Made by a program: the position numbers and the translations under genes. This document shows positions 18,905 through 27,285 of a DNA stretch of 32,000 nucleotides, piece after piece. The notes under the pieces were generated by a model. That model saw only the letters and a program-made list of their open reading frames with translations. It had not been told where the DNA came from and ran no database searches. Within the stretch, counting starts at the first letter, position 1, and each line of letters opens with the position of its first letter. The stretch comes from Promethearchaeia archaeon (GTDB taxonomy: Archaea > Asgardarchaeota > Lokiarchaeia > Sigyniarchaeales > SOKP01): positions 305 to 32,304 of the forward strand of contig JAWOFX010000001.1 in assembly GCA_046497275.1 (NCBI GenBank), read 5' to 3'.

Positions 18905-19120
18905 ATGATTGAATTAATTCTCTTGATTCTTGCTGTCGTATTTACAGTTCTTGGTTTTTATTATTTTATAAATAATTTCAGGAAGATTAGCAAAAATAAA
19001 GTAGAATCTACTGAAGAGAATGAATTCCCTAGAGACATTAAAAGAAGTTTTGGCTTTCTTCTAGGAGGATTTCTTTTTATCACATTTTTAAGTATCATCA
19101 TTGTATTAACACGCTTTTGA
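18905..19120 (+). CDS. Small two-helix membrane protein
   Basis: Two hydrophobic stretches separated by a charged loop; lies between purC and purS. Confidence 0.65.
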   Translation: MIELILLILAVVFTVLGFYYFINNFRKISKNKVESTEENEFPRDIKRSFGFLLGGFLFITFLSIIIVLTRF

Positions 19121-19263
19121 AATAAGAATTTCATGATATAAACTTATTTAAGATTGATGGTTTTAATAAGGAAGAGACTTCTTATTTAGGCTTTTTAGAT
19201 GAGTAGCCATTATTTTTAAGTTAATAAGAATTATTTTAAGTATAAACACTTTTTTTTCATAAA

Positions 19264-19542
19264 ATGGGATTAGAATTAAAAGATTTTGTGGTCGAAGTTG
19301 TATTAACTAACAAGGAAAAAGCCAGAGATCCAACGGGTGAGACAATTCAACGAGATCTCTTAGCTAAAAAGGGATATTCTGCGATTTCGAATGTAAGAAG
19401 CGGACAATATTTAAAAATATCAATTAAAGCAAAAGATAGCGATGATGCGAAACAAATTATAATTAATATGTGTAATGAATTAAGAATTTTTAACCCTGTA
19501 ACCCAAGATCTTCACATTATAAATGTAACTGAACAAAATTAA
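19264..19542 (+). CDS. purS: FGAM synthase subunit PurS
   Basis: DPTGETI, VRSGQYL, MCNELRIFNPV; directly upstream of purQ. Confidence 0.9.
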   Translation: MGLELKDFVVEVVLTNKEKARDPTGETIQRDLLAKKGYSAISNVRSGQYLKISIKAKDSDDAKQIIINMCNELRIFNPVTQDLHIINVTEQN

Positions 19543-19548
19543 AATAAA

Positions 19549-20259
19549 ATGAGTTTAAAAGTTGCAGTTATTCAATTTCCAGGGTCTAATTGTGATTTAG
19601 ATACACTCCATGTATTGAATAACGTAATGAATTTAGATGCCGAATTAATATGGCATAATGAGTTTAAGGGTGCTAGGTTTGATGCTGCAGTCTTACCAGG
19701 AGGGTTTTCTTTTGGAGATTATCTAAGATCTGGTATTATCGCTGCTCACAGCCCAGCTATTGATGAAGCTAAGGAAATGTTAAAAGAGGATAAACCTATA
19801 CTTGGAATTTGTAATGGATTTCAAATTCTTACAGAGGCACAGATGCTCCCGGGAGCGTTATTGCAAAATGAATCATTGAAATTTATTTGTAAATGGATTA
19901 ATATTAAAGTGGAGAATATCCAAACCGCATTTACAAATCAAATGGGTAAAGGAAAAGTTTTAGATATCCCAATAGCTCACGGAGAGGGAAGATATTTTAC
20001 AGATAACATTAAGGAACTTAGAGACAATGACCAAATCATTTTTAGATATACCAATCACGATGGAATTATCGATCAGGATTCAAATCCTAATGGTTCACTG
20101 GATAGTATAGCTGGAGTATGTAATTTAGAAAGAAATTGTCTTGGACTAATGCCACATCCAGAACGAGCTTCCGAAGAAATATTAAGTCCTAATAAGACCA
20201 CACACGGGAGGTTATTTTTTCATTCAATGATTAGTTTCATAAAAAAAGGAGGGATCTGA
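19549..20259 (+). CDS. purQ: FGAM synthase glutaminase subunit PurQ
   Basis: [28 protein letters not shown] (catalytic Cys), [14 protein letters not shown]. Confidence 0.97.
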   Translation: MSLKVAVIQFPGSNCDLDTLHVLNNVMNLDAELIWHNEFKGARFDAAVLPGGFSFGDYLRSGIIAAHSPAIDEAKEMLKEDKPILGICNGFQILTEAQMLPGALLQNESLKFICKWINIKVENIQTAFTNQMGKGKVLDIPIAHGEGRYFTDNIKELRDNDQIIFRYTNHDGIIDQDSNPNGSLDSIAGVCNLERNCLGLMPHPERASEEILSPNKTTHGRLFFHSMISFIKKGGI

Positions 20260-22506
20260 GTGACTAAAGTAAATGTGGGAGAAGATGAGTTAGACGTTGA
20301 TTTAACAGAGGATGAAATAGATTATATAAAAAACACGTTAGAACATCCACCGTCTATTACAGAATTAGGTATGTTTGATGTCATGTGGTCAGAACATTGT
20401 TCCTATAAATCCTCAAGACCCAAATTGAAATTATTTGAAGATGCTGAAAAAAATTATGATTATGTCCTTGCTGGACCTGGACAGGATGCTGGAGTAATAG
20501 ATATTGGGGATGGATATTGTTTAGCATTTCGGATCGAATCACATAATCACCCCTCAGCAATAGAACCTTATCATGGAGCAGCTACGGGAATCGGAGGGAT
20601 TATCCGGGATATTTTATGCATGGGAGTTCGCCCGATTGCTTTATTAGATCCTCTTCGTTTTGGTCCACTTAAAAATGATCCTCATTCTCAATGGCTATTT
20701 AAATACGTTGTTAAGGGAATTGCTGACTATGGTAATTGCACAGGTATCCCAACGATTGGAGGTGAAGTTGAATTTGATAAAAGTTTCAGAAACAATTGCC
20801 TGGTTAATGTAGCATGTATTGGTTTAGGGACTGTAGAAGATTTTAAGCATGCCCCAAGCAGGGCATATAATCCAGGAGATTATATTATTTTAATGGGGGG
20901 GTCCACTGGGAGAGATGGTATCCATGGTGTTACTTTTGCTTCAAGAACGTTAACTGAACAATCAGAAGAAGATCGACCTGCTGTTCAAATTGGGGATCCT
21001 TTTACTAAAAAATTAATTATAGAGGCAACTTTAGAAGCAATTAAATCCGGGTACGTGAGAGGTTTGAAGGATTTAGGAGGGGGAGGTTTATCATGTGCGT
21101 TAAGCGAATTAACTGGAGATGGAGGAACTGGGGCTAAAGTTGATTTAGAAAAAATATTTATCCGCGAGCCCGGAATGAATTCTTTTGAAATTATGCTTTC
21201 AGAATCACAAGAAAGAATGGCATTCATTGTAAAACCAGAAGGACTTAATGAAATTTTAAGAATATTTAGAAAGTATGAAATGGCGCACGAAGTTATTGGT
21301 AGAACAGATGATTCCCAGATATTGAAAGTATATGAGAATGATAATTTAGTTGTGAGTTTACCAGCTGTCGCCCTTTCAGAATCACCCGTTAAAGAGAGAG
21401 AAGAAAAGCGTCCAGAATATCTTGACAAATTACTTTCCCAAAAAACCCCCGAAACTAATTTATCTCCTGAAGAAATTCTCTATACATTAATTTCTTCTGA
21501 AAATATTTGTAATAAAGAATGGATTTATCGTCAATATGATCACGAAGTTGGAATTAGATCGGTTGTAAAATGTGGTAGGGGGGATTCAGGAGTATTAAGG
21601 ATCAAAGAAACTAATAAATTCATCGCTACCAGTGTGGGCTCAAATTCAAAGCACTGCTTTCTCGATCCATATAATGGTGCTAAAGGAAATCTAGTTGAAA
21701 TTTGTGGAAATATTATAGCTAATGGAGCAAAACCGATGGCAATGGTGAATTGCTGTAATTTCGGCAATCCTGAAAAACCAGAATCTTATTGGTATTTCTT
21801 TAAATCAGTACAAGGGATGGCCGATTTTTGCAGAAATCTTAGAATACCGGTGGTGGGGGGAAATGTATCCTTTTATAATGAAGATGAGGTAACGAAAACA
21901 GCCATAAAACCCACTCCACAAATTATGATCGTTGGATTAATTGAAGGAGAAGAGAATATTATTACTATGCCTTTTAAGAAATCTGGAAATGAGATTTTAT
22001 TAATCGGAGAAATAAAAGCAGAATTGGGAGGATCTGAATATCATTCAATTATCCATAATATTCAGGGCGGAAACCCTCCAAAAGTAGATGAAAACCGAGT
22101 AAAAAAAATATGGGGCTTAATTGGTGAATTATATAAAAGAAAAATAATTGAAGCAAATCATGATATTAACAAAGGGGGGTTTATAATAACTATTGCTGAG
22201 ATGTGCTTTGATAATCAATATGGTGCGGATTTGGATTTAGGTGAATTACTTAACGGAGAACTTTCAGAAGAGGAATTATTATATAGTGAGAGCGTGGGAA
22301 GATTTGTGATTGAGACAAATCCTAACAATACCGAGTCAATAAAAAAATTAGCCGATAAATTTAATGTTCCAGTGTATCATATTGGTAATATTTCGTCCGA
22401 ACCTCAAATACACATTAATGGACTTAGCTCAGGAGAAATAATACTAGATGTTCTAAAAATGAAAAAATTGTATGATTCTACCATTCCAAATTTAATGGAA
22501 ATTTAA
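20260..22506 (+). CDS. purL: FGAM synthase subunit PurL (small form)
   Basis: WSEHCSYK, ESHNHPS, GRDGIHG, DLGGGGL, LSESQERM, QYDHEV, GGNVSFYN; GTG start abuts the purQ TGA. Confidence 0.97.
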   Translation: MTKVNVGEDELDVDLTEDEIDYIKNTLEHPPSITELGMFDVMWSEHCSYKSSRPKLKLFEDAEKNYDYVLAGPGQDAGVIDIGDGYCLAFRIESHNHPSAIEPYHGAATGIGGIIRDILCMGVRPIALLDPLRFGPLKNDPHSQWLFKYVVKGIADYGNCTGIPTIGGEVEFDKSFRNNCLVNVACIGLGTVEDFKHAPSRAYNPGDYIILMGGSTGRDGIHGVTFASRTLTEQSEEDRPAVQIGDPFTKKLIIEATLEAIKSGYVRGLKDLGGGGLSCALSELTGDGGTGAKVDLEKIFIREPGMNSFEIMLSESQERMAFIVKPEGLNEILRIFRKYEMAHEVIGRTDDSQILKVYENDNLVVSLPAVALSESPVKEREEKRPEYLDKLLSQKTPETNLSPEEILYTLISSENICNKEWIYRQYDHEVGIRSVVKCGRGDSGVLRIKETNKFIATSVGSNSKHCFLDPYNGAKGNLVEICGNIIANGAKPMAMVNCCNFGNPEKPESYWYFFKSVQGMADFCRNLRIPVVGGNVSFYNEDEVTKTAIKPTPQIMIVGLIEGEENIITMPFKKSGNEILLIGEIKAELGGSEYHSIIHNIQGGNPPKVDENRVKKIWGLIGELYKRKIIEANHDINKGGFIITIAEMCFDNQYGADLDLGELLNGELSEEELLYSESVGRFVIETNPNNTESIKKLADKFNVPVYHIGNISSEPQIHINGLSSGEIILDVLKMKKLYDSTIPNLMEI

Positions 22507-22772
22507 CTTTTAAAGATTGCGAGCAAATATTTAATCCTATAAAGAAATAGACTTCTCAAAATCCAATTGAATTTCTTAGATCAGAGAAAAAAATTTATCA
22601 CTTACTTTTTTTAAAATGAAAATTCAAAAAGATAAAGAGGATTTAATTCCCACATTCACTAATTTAAAAGGAAGATTTAGAGATTATAGGAAAAAAAGTT
22701 AAATATTCAGCGACACTTATTTAAATAGGATATTTGGATATAAATTAATACATAAAAGTTGATATAAATTTG

Positions 22773-22967
22773 ATGGCTCGAGCATGCTTGAAGTGTAAGG
22801 AGTACGTCTTAATTTTTCCTGAGAATCCAAGCAACATCGTGCTTATTAACGAGTTTGAGGCAAAACACCGGGGGCATACTTTGATCACTCTAAACTTTGA
22901 GGAAATAAAAGGTACATTCAAAAAATACTCTAAAAATGAAAAATCTTCCGAAGAGCAAGAAAATTAA
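22773..22967 (+). CDS. Small putative Zn-binding protein (CxxC...HxxH)
   Basis: CLKC near the N-terminus and HRGH 23 residues later. ATG at 22773 (the track uses TTG 22770). Confidence 0.7.
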   Translation: MARACLKCKEYVLIFPENPSNIVLINEFEAKHRGHTLITLNFEEIKGTFKKYSKNEKSSEEQEN

Positions 22968-22981
22968 ATCATAAATAATTT

Positions 22982-23172
22982 CTAAATTCCTTCTCTGTAT
23001 GATTTTCCAATTTTAAATAATTCAATTTTTTCTTGTTCCAACGCTTTTATGGATAATTGGTACCTTAACTCAAGATTTTTGGAATCATGTAATTCCATGG
23101 TTTGGGTTTTTTGCTCCTTATATAGGTGCTACGTTAGCTGTTATTAGCCTTTTTCTACAAAAGGAATATTAA
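22982..23172. other. Coding-like island absent from the ORF track; two overlapping candidate frames
   Basis: Plus frame 23017-23172 encodes IIQFFLVPTLLWIIGTLTQDFWNHVIPWFGFFAPYIGATLAVISLFLQKEY, with ATG 22999 interrupted by TAA 23014-23016. Minus frame 23098-22982 encodes MELHDSKNLELRYQLSIKALEQEKIELFKIGKSYREGI. GC is visibly higher than in flanking spacers. Confidence 0.4.
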
Positions 23173-23207
23173 AATATTATAGAATCTTTTTCTATTCTTT
23201 TTTTTAT

Positions 23208-23402
23208 TTATAGATTTTTATTTTTAGAATTAAGAAATGCCACTGACTTCATTTTTAATATTTTAACCCTATATTGAAATTCCGGACAGATTTTGCAAGC
23301 AAGATAATTACAAATAGTACCTATTTTTGGGAGAGGGCAACTATGTTCAAAAGGGCAAATTTGAGCTTCAATAATAGGAATGGATTCAATTTTTACAGTC
23401 AT
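23208..23402 (-). CDS. Small Cys-rich protein
   Basis: CPFEHSCPLPK...CNYLACKICPEF (5 Cys plus His). Likely ATG at 23402 behind a purine-rich GAGAAGAGA stretch (track start is TTG 23417). Confidence 0.65.
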   Translation of the reverse strand: MTVKIESIPIIEAQICPFEHSCPLPKIGTICNYLACKICPEFQYRVKILKMKSVAFLNSKNKNL

Positions 23403-23657
23403 AATTTCTCTTCTCAAATCTGTTTTTGATTTAAAGAGTACTAATAGAATTATTAATCGAAGAGAGAGTTGAAGTTTTATAATTTTTACACTAAACTAAA
23501 AAATGTATTAATAATTTTTTCACGAAAATCTTCTTACTATACTCAATTTCATAGGATAAATCTATTTTTATATAATTATTGTATGGAAAGCCTTCCAGTT
23601 CTTATTAATCGTTATAAATCTCAGATATAATGCTTTATATAAGAATTTTATTAATTG

Positions 23658-23730
23658 TTCGATTTACGATATATTTATAAATGGGATTTCATAATATATT
23701 ATAAATCGAATATAATATATCGAAATCGAA
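23658..23730 (+). promoter_or_regulatory. padR-hsp20 promoter with TATA-like box flanked by a near-perfect inverted repeat
   Basis: TTCGATTTACGATATAT (23658-23674) versus ATATATCGAAATCGAA (23715-23730), differing by one indel. TTTATAAA at 23674-23681. Extra AAATCGAA at 23703-23710. Confidence 0.6.
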
Positions 23731-23760
23731 TAAGAAAATGAAAAATAGAGGAGAGTAGAA

Positions 23761-24411
23761 TTGTTCTTTGGTAAGAGGTTTAGCGGATATCATGAGGGAT
23801 CAGTTTCTGGTTTGGAAATTTTGGTGATGACTTTAATAAAAGGTCAGCCTAATTTAACCGGATATGATATCATTCAAGAGATTAATAGAAAATTCAAGCC
23901 TATGTGGAAGGCATCACCTGGAACGATTTATCCGTTGTTGAAGCGGCTTTTGAGAAAAGAATTAGTTAATGTTGAGGAAATTGTCGATGAAAATAACAGA
24001 GAAAAACGAATTTATACTATAAGTGAAAAAGGAATTGAGGAATTAAAGAAGGTATTGAAAGGAAATCTTGAACCTAGTATCCACACTTTAGGAAAATTTA
24101 TACGTACAATTTCAAAAGGCATAAATTTTGATGGAGATATTGAAAAGATATTTAGTTGCTTTCCCTTCAGCGATCCAGGGTATGAGAGGGAAATTGATGT
24201 GAAAGATATTTCAAGAGAAAACATAGAGAGGATCATAAGACGAGTTAAGGGTTTAAAGAGGCATAGGAGGAGATTGAAAAAGAGAATGGAAGATATCAAT
24301 AATCAAATCAATCACTATGAAGAGATATTGGAAAATCTTAAAAATAAACGTGAAAAAGAAGCTAAACCAATACCTATTGTAGAAGACGATGACGAATTCG
24401 AAGATTTTTAA
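23761..24411 (+). CDS. PadR-family winged-helix transcriptional regulator with C-terminal coiled coil and acidic tail
   Basis: TGYDII, SPGTIYPLLKRL, REKRIYTISEKG. GAGGAG at 23748-23753 precedes the TTG start. Confidence 0.92.
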   Translation: MFFGKRFSGYHEGSVSGLEILVMTLIKGQPNLTGYDIIQEINRKFKPMWKASPGTIYPLLKRLLRKELVNVEEIVDENNREKRIYTISEKGIEELKKVLKGNLEPSIHTLGKFIRTISKGINFDGDIEKIFSCFPFSDPGYEREIDVKDISRENIERIIRRVKGLKRHRRRLKKRMEDINNQINHYEEILENLKNKREKEAKPIPIVEDDDEFEDF

Positions 24412-24454
24412 AACTAAAATTAAAAAAAATTAAAAAATGAGGTAATTAAAGAAA

Positions 24455-24949
24455 ATGTGTCATGAAACTGAATGGAATGTACACTCAAGAAGAGGACATC
24501 CCGATTTTTTTGGAGAAGAATTTCCTTATATGTTAAAAGATATGCTTGGGTATATGAAACATCATATGAAAAGATTTGAAGGATGGGTTCCATATGATAT
24601 TGAAGACTCTGAATCAGATTATATGATTTCAGTACCACTACCCGGTCTCTCAAGGGAAGATTTAGAAGTATCATTAATTAGCAGTAATTTGAATATAAAA
24701 GCACAAAGAAAAGGAAATAAAGAAGATGTGAAAAAAAATCATTTTAGACATCCAGAATTTCGAAGAGGAGATTTTTTAAAAGATATTTTTACATCTATTT
24801 GGAAAAGGGATGTGAATTTAGACATTCCTCTACCATCAAACGCAGATGAGGATTCAATAAAATCAAAAATGAAAGACGGATTACTCAGAATAAAGATAGG
24901 AAAGAAACCACCAAAAAAAGTGGATATTAATACTGAGGAAAACGAATAA
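24455..24949 (+). CDS. Small heat-shock protein (Hsp20/alpha-crystallin)
   Basis: YDIEDSESDYMISVPLPGLSREDLEV, IPLPSNADEDSIKSKMKDGLLRIKI, and a C-terminal VDI (IxI-like) motif. GAGGT RBS upstream. Confidence 0.92.
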   Translation: MCHETEWNVHSRRGHPDFFGEEFPYMLKDMLGYMKHHMKRFEGWVPYDIEDSESDYMISVPLPGLSREDLEVSLISSNLNIKAQRKGNKEDVKKNHFRHPEFRRGDFLKDIFTSIWKRDVNLDIPLPSNADEDSIKSKMKDGLLRIKIGKKPPKKVDINTEENE

Positions 24950-24973
24950 TCCGATTTAATTCTAAATAAAAAG

Positions 24974-25036
24974 GGGAGACTTTAGATTTTAAATGAAAAT
25001 GGTAGCCGGGAAGCATACATTTTCTCTAAAGTTCCC
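24974..25036 (+). ncRNA. Candidate structured RNA element (bulged long hairpin) 3' of hsp20
   Basis: GGGA(G)ACTTTAGA pairs with TCTAAAGTTCCC; inner GAAAAT pairs with ATTTTC; apical GTA-GC-CGGGAA-GC-A-TAC. Followed by T-rich sequence. Confidence 0.4.
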
Positions 25037-25243
25037 AATATTATAATTTTTTTTATTTCTTATATTTTTATTATATTTTTTATCTACTATTGAATATTTT
25101 TATATTTATGAATTTTTAAAATTAAGATTACAAAAGGCTTAATAGATTTTCATCCGTTGTCTCTAATTATACATATCGCTCTTGAAATTAAGCAATTTGT
25201 AAATCTTATTAAAGAATATTTCAAGATTTATTAAGTGAAAGAC

Positions 25244-25266
25244 CAAAATATCATATGATAATTTTG
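25244..25266 (+). promoter_or_regulatory. Palindrome upstream of AOR (candidate operator)
   Basis: Perfect 12-bp palindrome TATCATATGATA (25249-25260) within CAAAA...TTTTG, shortly before the AAGGTGA RBS. Confidence 0.35.
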
Positions 25267-25287
25267 AAAAAACTAAGGTGAAATAAA

Positions 25288-27090
25288 ATGGAAAAAATTG
25301 TGAGGATAAATTTAACAACAAAGGACATTAACACAGAAGAGATTTCAGAGGAGAAAGAAGGAAAATATATCGGAGGTTCGGGAGTTGCGGCTTCGCTATT
25401 TGTGAAGGAGGTTCCAGCAGATATTAATGCTTTTGATGAAGAGAATCTATTAATATTTTCAGTAGGTCCTTTTTGTGGAACTGCAATACCATTCTGTGGA
25501 AGACATTTTGTAATGGCAAAATCTCCCCTGACTAATATATTAGGTGAATCTTCAGCTGGGGGATTTTTTGGAAGAGAATTAAGAGCGGCAGGATATAATC
25601 ACATAATATTTGAGGGCAAAAGTGAAAACCCCGTATACCTATATATTGATGATGGAAATGTAGAAATTAAGGATGCCTCAAGCTTATGGGGAAAGGGCAT
25701 TCATCAAACCGAATCTCTAATCAAGAAAGAACTTAATGAAGAACAATTGAAAATAGCTTTAATCGGTCTTGCGGGAGAAAACTTGGTACGATATGCGTCT
25801 ATAATTAGTGAGGGTGATCATGCGGCGGGAAGATGCGGTTTAGGAGCAGTGATGGGCAGTAAGAATTTAAAGGCAATAGCAATTAAGGGGAATAACAAAA
25901 TTGAGACTGCTAATAGGGAGGGTGTTTTAAATGCAGCTAAAGAATTGCAGCAACTAACAAAAGCAAGTCCATTAGCCAATATCATGAAAGATTCTGGGAC
26001 CGTTATTCATATGGATAATTACACGAGATTTGGAGATGTCCCAATTAAGAATTATTCAGAGAGTAGGTGGAAAGGCACAAAAAATATTGGATATTATGCT
26101 ATGCAAGAAAGAGGAGAAATAAAAACAACAGCTTGTTTCAACTGCCCTGTAGGCTGTAGAGGTGAACTACAATATGAGGGAGAATGGGTAGCATGGCCTG
26201 AATATGAAACATGTGCGATGTTAGGAGCAAATTTATTGGTTGACGATTTAGAAACACTCATAAAATGGAATGAGTTAATAAATGATCTAGGAATTGATGC
26301 GATTTCGTTAGGAGCGAATTTGGGTTGTTTTCTCGAAGCTGCTGAAAAGGGATTGCTAGATGTTGATTTAGATGTTTTAGGTTTTGAAAAAGATCCTGAA
26401 AATGAAAATCACTATCAAATTTGGGGAGCAACAAAACCAATAGAAAAACTCATAAAAATGACAGCAAATAAAGAAGGAATTGGGAAAGACTTAGCTGAAG
26501 GAGTAGAGAGGTTTATAAAAATCAAAAATCTTCCTGAAGAATTTAATACTACTGGTAAAGGATTAGAAGTTCCCGCACATGAACCGAGATCAAATAATCT
26601 AACCGCACTAGATTATGCAACAACTAGTAGAGGTGCATATCATTGTTATGAACCAATGCATTTATCATTTCAAATGAATTTAAAAGAAGAGATTGGATTA
26701 ACAGAAAAAATAGATCGATTTAGTGAGGACGAGGAAGTTATAAAGGCTGTGATAAAATTACAAAATTCCAGTGAAGCCTATTCTGCCAGTGGAGGATGCA
26801 TTTTTGGATTCTGGTTTATTCATAAAATTACACCATGGGTAGAAGGTCTTAATGCGATAACAGGCCGAGACTATTCTGTTGATTCTTGGGTAAAAGCAGG
26901 TGAAGATATATTCAATTTAAAGCGTCAATATAATTTGGAATGTGGAATATCCAGTGATGATGATACTGTAGGAAAAAGATTTTTTATACCAATTAAAAAA
27001 GGCGGCACTAAAGGTTACACGCCACCACTTCATGAGTTAGTTCCAAAATACTATGAAAAGCGGGGCTGGAATGAAAAAGGAGTTCCTTAA
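25288..27090 (+). CDS. aor: Aldehyde:ferredoxin oxidoreductase family (tungsten/pterin) enzyme
   Basis: KSPLT, ESSAGG, GRCGLGAVMGSKNLKAI, CFNCPVGC, PEYET, DLGIDAIS, KGLEVPAHEPR, GGCIF. Confidence 0.93.
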   Translation: MEKIVRINLTTKDINTEEISEEKEGKYIGGSGVAASLFVKEVPADINAFDEENLLIFSVGPFCGTAIPFCGRHFVMAKSPLTNILGESSAGGFFGRELRAAGYNHIIFEGKSENPVYLYIDDGNVEIKDASSLWGKGIHQTESLIKKELNEEQLKIALIGLAGENLVRYASIISEGDHAAGRCGLGAVMGSKNLKAIAIKGNNKIETANREGVLNAAKELQQLTKASPLANIMKDSGTVIHMDNYTRFGDVPIKNYSESRWKGTKNIGYYAMQERGEIKTTACFNCPVGCRGELQYEGEWVAWPEYETCAMLGANLLVDDLETLIKWNELINDLGIDAISLGANLGCFLEAAEKGLLDVDLDVLGFEKDPENENHYQIWGATKPIEKLIKMTANKEGIGKDLAEGVERFIKIKNLPEEFNTTGKGLEVPAHEPRSNNLTALDYATTSRGAYHCYEPMHLSFQMNLKEEIGLTEKIDRFSEDEEVIKAVIKLQNSSEAYSASGGCIFGFWFIHKITPWVEGLNAITGRDYSVDSWVKAGEDIFNLKRQYNLECGISSDDDTVGKRFFIPIKKGGTKGYTPPLHELVPKYYEKRGWNEKGVP

Positions 27091-27108
27091 TAATTAAAAA
27101 TAATTGAG

Positions 27109-27124
27109 TTTTTTACTTTTTTTT
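27109..27124 (+). terminator. T-tract terminator candidate after aor
   Basis: T6 and T8 runs beginning 19 nt after the stop codon. Confidence 0.5.
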
Positions 27125-27200
27125 CTCAAGTTTATTCAATATTTTATGAGTTGTATTATCAAAATATAATCACAATATTATACGAAGGAATACAAATTGG

Positions 27201-27235
27201 CAGTAATATTGTTATATTATATTAATATATTACTG
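27201..27235 (+). promoter_or_regulatory. Inverted repeat upstream of RHH gene
   Basis: CAGTAATAT (27201-27209), 17-nt spacer, ATATTACTG (27227-27235): perfect 9-bp arms. Confidence 0.4.
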
Positions 27236-27285
27236 ATAAATTGCTGCTTAATATTAACATAATTAATAAAAACAAAGGTGCTCGT

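Noticed and set aside
20985-21767. Minus-strand 147-aa and 75-aa ORFs
   Set aside because: Antisense to conserved purL.
22616-22702. 28-aa ORF MKIQKDKEDLIPTFTNLKGRFRDYRKKS
   Set aside because: No RBS or motif; length is compatible with chance.
23738-23758. 6-codon upstream ORF before padR
   Set aside because: It coincides with the GAGGAG RBS of padR and is most simply a by-product of it.
24974-25036. Hairpin as a Lokiarchaeal SECIS or Moco/Tuco riboswitch
   Set aside because: ATGA is present on the 5' side but there is no matching GA on the 3' side, no in-frame UGA in neighbouring genes, and no Moco consensus segments recognised. Kept only as an unknown structured element.
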